Positions 29,241 through 41,129 of a stretch of 64,000 nt of DNA are shown in pieces (within the stretch, counting starts at the first letter, position 1; every line of letters begins with the position of its first letter). Source of the DNA: Octopus vulgaris (lineage: Eukaryota); the NCBI GenBank assembly GCA_951406725.2, contig OX597822.1:14198001-14262000 (forward strand), given 5' to 3'. The translations under genes were made by a program, and so were the position numbers. Below the pieces are notes generated by a model. The model ran no database searches. It was not told where the DNA came from and saw only the letters and a program-made list of their open reading frames with translations.

Positions 29241-30715
29241 GCTCCACAGATAAATGTAGAGCGTTAATATAAGAACTTGTAATAGAACATATCTCTAGAT
29301 TTCTCTATTGTGATATCTGCTTAACTTTGCACAAAAGCGACTCTTTTCTGTAATACATACACAACTACCCCGCCTCTAACAGAGCTGAAAAATCGGGGAT
29401 CGAACTGGAGAGAAGTAAAAGAGAGAGGCCCAGAAATGAAAAGTGTGGGAAAAAGAAGTCGTTGATGGCCTACATCCACAAGGGAATGAAGGGCTATGTG
29501 CTAAGTGTATATGATTTGGGAGGAATTTGGTTGCTATCTTTAGCAGGTCTAGTTATAGGTTAGTGTCTCCCTTGCTGTTTCTTTGAGCTAAATGTAAACA
29601 AGATGGCGACCTCCTCAGATAGGTTTCAACACATAATTCGAAACAGGAATAAGTTTCTCTCATGCAACAGACAAATGTTGATGGTTATTGAATGAAGTGA
29701 ACCCGAACAAGCATCAGATTTTGGATGTTATTAACTGATTAAATGACCTTCACTCGTTTATCTCAAATCACCTTCAAGACAGTTGAAATAAATGTCATCT
29801 AAGAAAGTGTCATTTAAATTATCGGGAGTTGCTTCCCTTGAAAGGCGCCAGCCTACTTAGACGTAAAACTTTTCTTTCAGAAGTCCCTCCTTTATTATGT
29901 TTGTCAGTGTTGGTTTCCCCTGATGGAATTATGTAGTGAAAGTGGTTAAATAGCAGAGAACGGACAACAGACATTTATTATTTGGTAATTAGTTCAGTTT
30001 AATTTAATTTAAGTTAAATTTAAGAGTTGAAATTCTGCTTTGGTCAAGTCAGGACCGGATTTAAACCAAGGGTGGGCGGCAAGGTACTTCAAGTTCGGTG
30101 GGCCCCTTATACACATGAATTAAAATCTTTGAAAATTACTAAATTTAAATCTCAAACCCTGTTTTTTTTCTTCCATATAATTGAATTGGATGAGTTAGCA
30201 GAGAAATTTTAAATAAATGACTGAAAATGTCGCTTTATAGATATACTATTTCAAAATTCAAATTTCGGTTTTTACACATCTACTTGAAGTGCTTGACTTT
30301 TCCTTTATTGTGAAAAGAAGTGGGAAAGCAGGGTAAGATTTTTGTTTCTTTTAATACGAGTTTGAAACAAATGTTTCAGAATGTGGGAATAAAATAAAAT
30401 GACGGAAATTACGAAAAAGAAAAAAAAAAAAATCATTTTTGTGATTGTTGCTGTTCCAAAAACATGATGAGAGTGTGTGCGTGCATTTGTGCGTGTGTGC
30501 GTGTGTGAAAGGGGGTTTGGGTGGAAACACTGACATTTAAAAGACATGGATTTTAAAAATTCTTCTTTTAAAATGGCTTCCCTTTGTTATTTTGCAAAAA
30601 AAAAAAAAAAAATCGGGGAAAATCAGAAAATTGAAGAAAAAACAGGAAATTTAAACTTGTTTCATAAAATAAGACCAGTTTTCAATGCCTCACTGAAATA
30701 AGTTTAGAAGTAGAA

Positions 30716-30779
<64 letters not shown>

Positions 30780-30896
30780 GTGTGTGTGTGCCTTTAACTG
30801 ATTGGTCAAGCCAAGTTCAAGGAATCTGAGCGAGACACGATAACTACTTTCTCTCAATCTCTGTACCTTTATTATACATTCATACTTACACGCGCG

Positions 30897-31003
<107 letters not shown>

Positions 31004-32852
31004 GCGCGCGCACATGCACACATACGTAGTACATACATACATACATACATACATACATACATACATACATACATACATACATACATACGTACATACATCT
31101 TCAAGAGTTGCCCTTTTCTCTGTCATGGGTGCTTCTTAATTGAATTAACTGATGTCTCTAAGGTGGCAAAACCAATGATTATTTTATCCTAAACGAGAAT
31201 CGTATATCACGTTTTTTAAGAAGTAAAGATATCTTTGTACATTGAAAGAGAGTCTCTTCATGCCTGATTGCTGGGATGTGGAGGCCTTCCGGTATTGAGT
31301 GCTACATACCCTTCGTAGCAAGGAGGCCTCAGTATTATCAGATGCTCGAGGCAATTGCCTTCTCCGCACCCCTATAAATTTGGCCCTAGGTCAAGTTAGT
31401 CTTTCGACCTTCGATAAAGTGAAGTACCTTTCCGGCGTACCCCTTTACGTCCGACAATGTTGGCGTACCCTGTGGGAAGACTACAGTGCAAATAGTTGGA
31501 TACCACAGATCAGACAACATACATGTATTATTTGGCGTTTAATTTAATCTATTTAAGACTTAAACTTCTGCCACGGTCATGTTCGATTTCGACTTTTTAG
31601 TGTCGATAAAATCGAGTATCAATCAAATTCTGGATCGATGTAATCGATTGTTTCCTGTCACTGAATTTTCGACCTTCTGAATATGGAGTAAATTAATTTT
31701 ATTTAATTCAATGTCATCGTTTGAGAGAGAAACGGCCGCATAAACATTCTCTGCACGAAATTTGTTTTCGCTTATAAACATCGCTGAAAGCCTCTTTTCG
31801 TAACAATTAGCAGACAACAACGTCAAAAGATTCTGCACACATTTTCCGAATATATCTACATTTACTTATCGTTTGTAATTTAATTTTTACTTGTTTCAGT
31901 CATTGGATTGCGACCATACTGAAAGCATTAGGCGAACAAATCGATCGCGGTACTTATTATTTTTTTTTCTTAAGTCTGGTAGTTATTCTATCGGTTTTCT
32001 TTTGCCGCAGTGCTAGTTTACGGAGAAGTAAACGAACCAACACCAGTAGTCAAGCGGTGTGTGTGTGTGTGTGTGGGTGGGGGAAACATGCACTTGTACG
32101 GCAAGTTTCCACACAATTTCCGTCTACTAAATTCACTCACGAGCCATCAGTCGGTCCGGGAGTGTAATAGAAGACTCTTGCCTAAAATGGGGCTGAACCC
32201 AAAACGCTGAAATTGCAAAGAAAGCTTCTTAACCAAAAAGTCAGGAATTATGACTGCTTCAAAAGTTCATTTTTCCTTTTCCGGAATTTGAACTCAGAAC
32301 GTAACGATAGACGAAATACCGCTAAGCATTTCGCCTGGCGTGCTAACGTTTCTGCCAGCTCGCCGCCTTTCTGGGTCAGATAAATATAGTACCGTCCCAA
32401 GATGATGGGTTAACGGCAACGTCAAGGGGTTGCTGTATTTGATCTAGACAGACCAATCAACCAGATATTAGTTTGGAATTTTGGCAAATTCAGGTCAGGG
32501 GTAAATCGATCACATTGACCCCAGTGTTCAACTTATACCTCTTTATCGACCCCGAAACGGACGAAAGGTGAAGTCAACCCCTGCTGCCTTTGAGTTCAGA
32601 GCGTAAAGAAGGACGAAATGTCGTTAAGCAATCTGCCCTGCGTGTTCACGATTTTACCCGGCGTGCTAACCATACCCATTCACAAGGTTTTGGTTGGCCT
32701 AAAGCTATAGTTGAATACATTTACCTAATGTGCTACGCAGTGGGACTGAACCCAGAACCGTATGGCTGGGAAGCAAACTTCTTAGCAGACAGTCACGCCT
32801 GCGCTTATACTGCATTGTATAATGTACTTTTCTTCTTCACTAATTTATCAAA

Positions 32853-33150
32853 TGGCTCAGTGGTTAGAGCGTCGAGCTTATGATCATGAGGTTGTGAGTT
32901 CGATTCCCGGACCAGGCTGAGTGTTGTGTTCATGAGCAAGACACTTTATTTCACGTTGCTCCAGTTCGATCAGCTATAGAAATGAGTTGCGATGTCATTG
33001 GTGCCAAGCTGTATAGGCCCCTTTGCTTTTTTCCCTTGTATAACATCGGTGACGTTGGAGAGGGGGAGGCTGATATGCTTGGGCGACAGCTGGTCTTCCA
33101 TAAAAAATAAACCTTGCCCAGACTTGTGCCTCGGAGGGTAACTGTCTAGG
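32853..33150 (+). mobile_element. tRNA-derived SINE (family C group)
   Basis: TGGCTCAGTGGTTAGAGCG...GAGTTCGATTCCC head. Related heads at about 47490, 59540, 41565 and 9449-9705 (minus). Confidence 0.75.
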
Positions 33151-34624
33151 TGCATGACCGAAGGGAGTCACAACAATCTATCAAATATATTTTTAATACC
33201 ACAACACATACGCACACATATACACATCGAGACATATACTCATTCTTACACACGAAGACATTCAGTCCCCGTTCACACATACAAACGGTTGTAACAAAGT
33301 CCGAATTTTCAACACGGCTGATTAAGTTACAGCCAAATATCTCAGGGGCAATAACTCTTTTATAATAATTAACGGGAGGTAACTCTTTGCAAATCCCAGT
33401 CAACTTTCCGTTCCCAATATTTATTTAATATAAGTATTTTATTCTTTTCTTTTGTTACTGTAATTTGACTGGGGCCATACTGGGGCAACACCTTGAATGC
33501 TTTAGTTGAACAAATTTTTTTTGGTAATTCGAGTGAAAATTTTCTGGGGCTGTACACATATCAACAGCGATTTTCCGTCGCAGAGGGAACAAACAGACAC
33601 ACACACACACACACACAGACACACACACGTATATATGCGCGTGCGTGTGCGGTGTGTGTATAAATGGATACAAATGTGCGTGTACGTATGTGTGCATAAC
33701 TACGTTTGACTCTATTACTTGCTTCAGATATTTGACAGCAGCCATGCTGGAGCACCGCTTTTATTCGAAGAAATCCACCCCAAGACTTATTCTTTGTAAG
33801 CCTAGTACTTATTCACTCGGTTGTCAAGAGATAGTCGGGAGGACAAACATAGACACGCACGCACACACACACACGCGTGCGCGCGCGCGATGGGCTTCTT
33901 TCAGTTTCCGTCTACCAAATAATACCCATAAGGTTTTGGTCGGCCCGAGACTATAGTAGAGGACACTTGCCCAATGTACCATGCAGTGGGACTGAACCCG
34001 GAACCATGTGCTTTGTAAGCAAGTTACATACCACACAGCCATACCCGCACTTTATCTGTTTATACAACCGCACGCACATACACACTCATACCCATTCTTA
34101 GGTATAATATGATACTCAGGTATAATACGGCTTCCACACAGTTTCCGCCCATCAAATTCATTTACTAGACTACAACAAGTTGTAATTCTTGACAAATAAG
34201 AAAAAAAGATAAAAAAACACATATCGACCCGGAAGTAATTATTATATAAAACAAAATTCTCTTTTTTGCATAAATTTATTTATTTGTGAATTTAATATTT
34301 TACAGCATTTAACAAATCTCTCTTTCTTTCGCTGGTTGCAGAGAAATCAGTGCAACGAACAAACATTTAAGTTTCTTGAAGAATGGTAAACTGAGATGTA
34401 CAGATACAAAAAAGATGTTCAGGTTGTCAATTTATTCTTTTCTTCTCTAGGCACAAAGTCCGGAATTTGAAGACACTTGCCCGGTCGATAATAACTATAT
34501 AGTTATTTATTTCTATTTGTTTATTTCTCTGTGTATTGTATTTATCATGTTTTCGGTTTTGATTATATTGTAACCAGTTTATGGGATCCTCTTGTGTCAT
34601 ATGTTGTGGTGTGTGCTAGTGTTC

Positions 34625-34689
34625 CATTCCAGTTTCCTATTCAGGCTAGGTTTATCTTCTATTATGTGTGTAGCTTCCGTAATTTGTCT
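34625..34689 (-). mobile_element. Penelope GIY-YIG endonuclease C-terminal remnant
   Basis: RQITEATHIIEDKPSLNRK matches the R.I.EA..I....P.LN motif. Confidence 0.6.
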
Positions 34690-34733
34690 GACCACTGATG
34701 CGGTCACAGGAGTGTGACGAAAGAACTCTGGCC
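34690..34733 (+). ncRNA. Minimal hammerhead motif, A9C variant
   Basis: GACCA-CTGATGC-G-GTCACA-GGAG-TGTGAC-GAAAG-AA-CTC-TGGCC; perfect 6-bp stem II; abuts the Penelope fragment. Confidence 0.6.
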
Positions 34734-34908
34734 GAAATAAGATTAAGATTAATGTGAAAAATAACTAACACTGAAGCAAAGTAACACCAAATATATAGTG
34801 CGTGTGTTTTTATTGGCTAAACTGGCAAAATGACCATTCCGAAATACAACAATGTCTGTTTCAACACACGACTTCACATAAAAAATCTTGCACAACAGAT
34901 ATATAAAC

Positions 34909-34951
<43 letters not shown>

Positions 34952-35462
34952 GCGTATATATATATATAATGTGTGCATTATGTGGGCGGATTGAGCTGAA
35001 AAGATGCTGGCGAGTTTGCATGGCAGCTATTTTTTCCTCAAAAATTCCTCATCTTTTAAAAGTGGCCCGAGTAGACCCGAATGAAATCGGGTTATATTAA
35101 TCAAACAAGTAAAACAATGAAAACCTATGCTATTTTAATCCCAAGAAAGGCCGGGTATCTCTGTCAGTCTACTACATATTCGTGAAAAGAGTGGACGTTG
35201 TCTCACAAGCAATTATACTGGCAAAAGTGTCAGTAAATATGGTCGGATTGAGCTGAAAATTTGCACAATTATGTTAAAAGTCCTGGCGAGTTTGCATAGC
35301 AACTTTGAGTTTGCTCAATTAAAAGGTGTGGCCTCTAGGGCAAAATTCCTCATCTTTTAAAATGTGGCCCGCGTAGACCCGAATGAAATCGGGTTATAAT
35401 ACCGAAACAAATAAAACAATGATAAACTATTTTAATCCCGAGCAAGACCGCGTTTCTCTGCT

Positions 35463-36646
35463 TCTATATATATATATAAAAGAGGCTTTGGGTCAAAATT
35501 GTGTGCACATTTTGCTAAGTGAGAGGTTGGCAGCCAGACCAGCGGTCGGATCGAGCTGAGAATTGACACAGGGCATACAAGGCGTAATGAGGCAGAGAGT
35601 TGAGTAGGTTAAAACTCACCATCTGGAAAGATGCGGTTGCTCGCGATTAAAATAGTTTATCATTGTTTTATTTGTTTCGGTATTATAACCCGATTTCATT
35701 CGGGCCTACGCGGGCCACATTTTAAAAGATGAGGAATTTTGACCTAAAGGCCACACCTTTCAATTGAGAAGAGTGATTTTTTATCGATTTTTTAATCCAG
35801 ATTGGCGCGATTGGCATCTAATCAATCTAATCTATAAAATGAAGAAGGCGAACGTTGTTACTAAATGGGGCTGGAAGGGGATTAAAATTTACAGGAGGGG
35901 GTAACTTGAGGTGAGAAATTGATTGGGAGATGTTTTGGGGTGCTACAGTGGTTGCTTTGCTGTGAAAACGAGGATTTTATTGATTTTGGGGGCACTTGGT
36001 GTGGGGGTAGATTGGACACCTTTTACCCGATTTCAATCAAATTTTCAACATGGTAAAGTGGAAGCGGACTTATAATTTAAGCGCAGAAAATGGGTTCGAA
36101 ATTTTGAAAATGAAGGCAAGAATTTTGAAGTTGAAAAAATTTCATTTTTTACATATTTTGCCTTTTATTTTCTAGTGTTTAGTTTCATTTTTTCTGAAAG
36201 AAATTTACAGCTGCATGTAACCCGTGTTTAGAGCTTTCATTTGCATGGTCAATCGTCGAAAAATTCTCAAAATAAGTACTAAATTTAAGAAAGAAATTCT
36301 TTTTATCCTTATTTTTAATCGCTCAAATAGTGGCACGTACAAAAGGCAAGTGTGCTTTCCGTTGTCACTGCCTGATATTAATGATTGATCTTTCAAAATA
36401 TTTTCTTTCCAACTTACTCAAGATCTTTTGTTCTTTATAAATGGGAGATAGATAGATAGAGAAAGATAGAGAGTAAGAGAAAACGAGGGAGAGTCCAAGA
36501 GAAAGGAAGAGTAAGAGAGTGGGAAAGTGAGAGAGAAAGGAGAGAGAAACAAAGAGGGAGAATGTGGCGATGAGAAACAGAAAGGAAGCAACAGAAAGTA
36601 ACAACCACACCCTCACCCGCGCGTAGAGCGGGTCACCTTAAGCTAG
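35463..36646 (+). mobile_element. Non-autonomous Helitron-like element
   Basis: TC(TA)n start, hairpin ACCCGC..GCGGGT, and CTAG|T end. Confidence 0.7.
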
Positions 36647-37555
36647 TTGATTAATGAAATCATTACATCATTGCAAAGAAACCGTTTTCGTCAGATGACC
36701 GCATAGACTTCACACACAAAGGACAAACCAACTGTTTTAACATATTCGTATAACCAACGGAGCCCAAATATTTACATTGATGCTGCTGTTATATCGTTTG
36801 TATTTTTAGATAAGGTACGTGTCTGAACAACGAAGAGCGGATCTCTTCAATAAGTTGGGTCGGGTTATCTGCATACACTGCAAGAATATCAAGTGCAAAC
36901 CCTTCAGCATAACGTTTGCTATTCACCTGATGCTGTTTGAGTGTGCAAATGAGACTGACCTAACAAGGTGCCCCAATTTAAGAACCTAATTCAACCGAAT
37001 CGTAATTATATTCTTTTCTTCTTTTACTTGTTTCAGTCATTTGACTGCGGCCATGATGAAGCACCGCATTTTGTCCAGCAAATCGACTCCAGGAATTATT
37101 CTTTGTAAGCCGAGTACTTATCCTATCAGTCTCTTTTGCCGAGCCGCTCAGTTACGGGAACGTAAACACACCAACATCGGTTGTCAAGTGACGATGGATG
37201 GACAAACACAGACACACAAACATATACATACATACATACATACATACATACATACATACATACATACATACATACATACATACAAACATATACGACGGGG
37301 TTCTTTCAGTTTCCGTCCAACAAATCCACTTACAAGGCTTTGGTCGGCCCGAAGCTGTAGTAGAAGACACTTACCGAAGGTGCCACGTAATAGGACTGAA
37401 CCGGAACTATGTGATTGGTAAGTGATCTTCTTATCACGCACTCTGTGTTGTAAGAATACATGTAGTATATATGTATGTTATATATATATATATATATATA
37501 TATTGTGTGTGTGTGTTTATGTATATATATATATGCATACACACACACACATCTA

Positions 37556-37612
<57 letters not shown>

Positions 37613-37649
37613 TTATGTATATATATATATACATACACACACACTATAT

Positions 37650-37932
<283 letters not shown>

Positions 37933-38055
37933 TATATATATACACGCGCGCACATATATGTATGTATATGTATAAAAAAATAAAATGACCAAATAAATAC
38001 CTTGAATTATTTTTTCTTTAATCCCTTTGACAATGAATATTATTTTATTTTGTTA

Positions 38056-38439
38056 CTAGCAGTATCGCCCGGCGTTGCTCAGGTTTGTAAGGGAAATAAC
38101 TATAAAGCATTTTTAGAGAGTTATAGCCAAAAAATAGCAAAAAAATGGAAAAAAAATGATGGTAAATTTTTTTTGAGAGTTAAAACAGGTGGAGTTGCGT
38201 CCCCTAGACGGTCTGTGGTTTGGGTTTCTCATTCTCGACCCCATGTCGAATTTATCGATTTTTTTCAGAACTGGGGGAACTTTTCAAAATTTTCGCTGCG
38301 TTAGTTTTGAATTATGACATTGGGCTATGTGTGTGTCAAGTTTCATCAGAATCGGTTGAAAGCCGTGGTCAGAGTGAGGGTACGAGAAAACAGACACACA
38401 GAAAACGCACAGACAAACTGCCGTTTATATAGAGAGAGA
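38056..38439 (-). mobile_element. Non-autonomous Helitron-like element
   Basis: Same 3' end (GCAACGCCGGGCGATACTGCTAG|T) as the 9125 copy, with a different 5' half. Confidence 0.8.
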
Positions 38440-39048
38440 TTTTCTGCATCTTTTTTTGTTGTCACGTGATTTGTCTTTCACATGATGCTGTCCATGTTCA
38501 AATAAACATCCATACACACATGCATGCAAAGACTCGCCGATAATCACCCACTTCCAAAAATCATACACACACATATACATGCATATATAGTTGTACACAC
38601 ACACACACACATACGCACGTGTTATGTATAAATGAGTTTGGGTGCATGTGCTTTGATGTGTATGTGTATGCATGCGGATGTATATATGTGCGTGCGCGTG
38701 TGTGTATTTTTGTGCGTTACGTGTGCCTGGGTGAATGTAGGTGTGTGTGTATGTGCATATATTTAAGAGTGTGTATGTGTATGACTTAGTATATGTGTTT
38801 GTATATGTTTCTGTGTATATGTGCTTATTTATGTGTATATATATAGTGTATGTATATAGTGTGTATGTATGTGTATATAGTGTTATTTATGTGTATGTAT
38901 ATAGTGGGTGTATGTGTGTCGGTGAGTGCATATGTGTGTATGAGCATTTTTTATCTCAGCGCTGGTACATGTGTGTGTTTGCTTGTGTTTCTGTACGAGT
39001 GTGTGTGTGTGTGTGTGTGATCCTCCTTGCTCCCCATTTTCCTGTGGT

Positions 39049-39086
39049 TCATCTCTGTGTTTCCCTCCTGTTGCTTGTCACACGTC
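39049..39086 (-). CDS. TMIE: TMIE-like gene, probable last coding exon: (G)RVTSNRRETQR*
   Basis: Strong acceptor ttctattctctttcttgcgtttag|GA; phase 1 matches the donor at 43716; unique sequence. No homology support. Confidence 0.6.
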
Positions 39087-39259
39087 CTAAACGCAAGAAA
39101 GAGAATAGAATTGAATTGTGCAGCAAATAAAAAAATGATGATGACGATGACTTCATTTAATTGGCAATGGGGATTCAGTTTAAATGGACATTACAGTGTC
39201 AGGTTATACATTGCGTTGGTGGGTGGGATTTACATAAAAAGGTGACAAAGAAGAAAAAA

Positions 39260-39513
39260 ATGAAATAAAAATATTCTCAGTAAAGAAACCCACCAATACA
39301 TAGCTGGCATAATCCCACTGATGCGGGTGGACCTCCTTGGGTTGGGTCTGACGAGAAACTTCGAGCGACCAAAGACTATTCTGTCCATGGAGGGCACTTG
39401 CTTTCACCTGTCTGTCGCTTTTGACCTACAGGGTATGCTTAGAGTCGTGCCATCAACTCTAACCGTTTTCGCTACACAAATTGACAGGAGGAGAGCGATT
39501 CGCTCGTTTGTCT
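39260..39513. repeat. Left arm of 254-bp inverted duplication
   Basis: Reverse complement of 40854-41107 with 2 mismatches. Confidence 0.96.
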
Positions 39514-39572
39514 GTGTGTATATTCTTAGAAGAATTCTTACAAAGAAGAAGAATAAATTTAAGAACTATATA

Positions 39573-40083
39573 TCTATATATATAAAACTGTTGTGTGAGT
39601 GTCTGTCCCCTTCGATTTAGATTCCTAACTCCTCCCACATTTTGCGGTGCAGTTTAACCAAATTCGGGTATCTTATAGTCGTGATTAATATCGAGCCCGT
39701 CTGGCTATTAGCGCGCGTCTACGATGAGTCTACGATTTTAAAAATAATTTAACATTTTTTATTCCATTTTAATGCATAATTTTTCGTGTGTCGATGGCGG
39801 CGGAGTTGGCGTCCACGCTCACATCTGCACCTGTTTGCTTATCCCTCGTGAATCTGTGGGGAAGGGAGTGTAAATAAATCAACGTCGTAAAGCGTTGTCA
39901 AGGAGACCAGCGTTCTTTTAGAACAACTACTTCATGGCTTGAAGACACTGAGTCAACGATTTAAAAAAAAAATTACCATCACTTTTTATTCCATTTTTAA
40001 TGCATTTTTTGCTATAACTCTCTAAAAATGCTTATATAGTTATTTCCCTTACAAATCCGAGCAACGCCGGGCGATACTGCTAG
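39573..40083 (+). mobile_element. Non-autonomous Helitron-like element
   Basis: A|TC...CCGAGCAACGCCGGGCGATACTGCTAG|T. Confidence 0.85.
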
Positions 40084-40468
40084 TTTACTACATAAAGATA
40101 TTTTTTATTCATTGGTTGTTGATGAAACATAATCAAAATGTAGAATCAAGTAATCTATGCAAGGAAGTTAAGAAATGTAGAAATAACAGCTAAGTGGTGG
40201 TTTTCAGTCATATGGCATACAGAAATAGACAGGCATAGCAATGACATGAATGGCTCAGAGTTTAGTCAATTAAGAAGCAATATTATTATTATTATTATCA
40301 ATCTCGCCCTTTTTCTTATTGTAAATCGCACACTGGTTATTTTGCTTTAGTCCTTGTTTTTTTTTTTTACTTCTTTTAGTATTCTGCCTTCGTAGTATCT
40401 TCGGTGTCTTTGGCCCTTGTAACCAGCAAAACATAACTGTCACCCTCCCCAACCTCTCTCTCTCTCAT

Positions 40469-40509
<41 letters not shown>

Positions 40510-40549
40510 GAAAATTCTAGCTTTGTGCCTATACAAAAAGTCATTGATC

Positions 40550-41107
40550 AGGTGATACCCTCTGAGATGCTCGCAGAGCGACGGATCCACGCGTTAAGAA
40601 CGTTCGAACAGAGCGAGAAATCATTCAGTGTCTAAACATCGATGACTCGTGGAATTATGTTGAACACTTGTAGAGCGCGAAGGATAGCTATCGTCCAAGT
40701 CCACCGTGAAGATCGTCTCCCTGTCCTCCTTTGTCTTGGAACGATACATAGTAGATTGTGTGGTGGACGAGGTGGACGAGGTTGAGGTTAAACACTCTCC
40801 TCTTTCGCAAAAACCGCAGCGACATTTTCAAGTTCTAGTTGGAGAGGAAAGTGAGACAAACGAGCGAATCGCTCTCCTCCTGTCAATTTGTGTAGCGAAA
40901 ACGGTTAGAGTTGATGGCACGACTCCAAGCATACCCTGTAGGTCAAAAGCGACAGTCAGGTGAAAGCAAGTGCCCTCCATGGACAGAATAGTCTTTGGTC
41001 GCTCGAAGTTTCTCGTCAGACCCAACCCAAGGAGGTCCACCCGCATCAGTGGGATTATGCCAGCTATGTATTGGTGGGTTTCTTTACTGAGAATATTTTT
41101 ATTTCAT
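40550..41107 (+). mobile_element. Tx1/L1 LINE 3' end, degenerate; includes the right arm of the inverted duplication
   Basis: LSSKSTVKIVSLSSF, IVWWTR and FKF*LERKVR parallel the C-terminus seen at 27300-27480. Confidence 0.7.
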
Positions 41108-41129
41108 ATATAAACAATAATAATTAGTG

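Noticed and set aside
40828-41046. Duplicated ORF MRVDLLGLGL... (also at 39321)
   Set aside because: Antisense reading of a LINE remnant, duplicated by the inversion.
41064-41086. Phase-compatible last exon VKKPTNT* inside the inverted repeat
   Set aside because: Weak pyrimidine tract, and it lies antisense in a Tx1 3' UTR. The acceptor at 39086 is much stronger.
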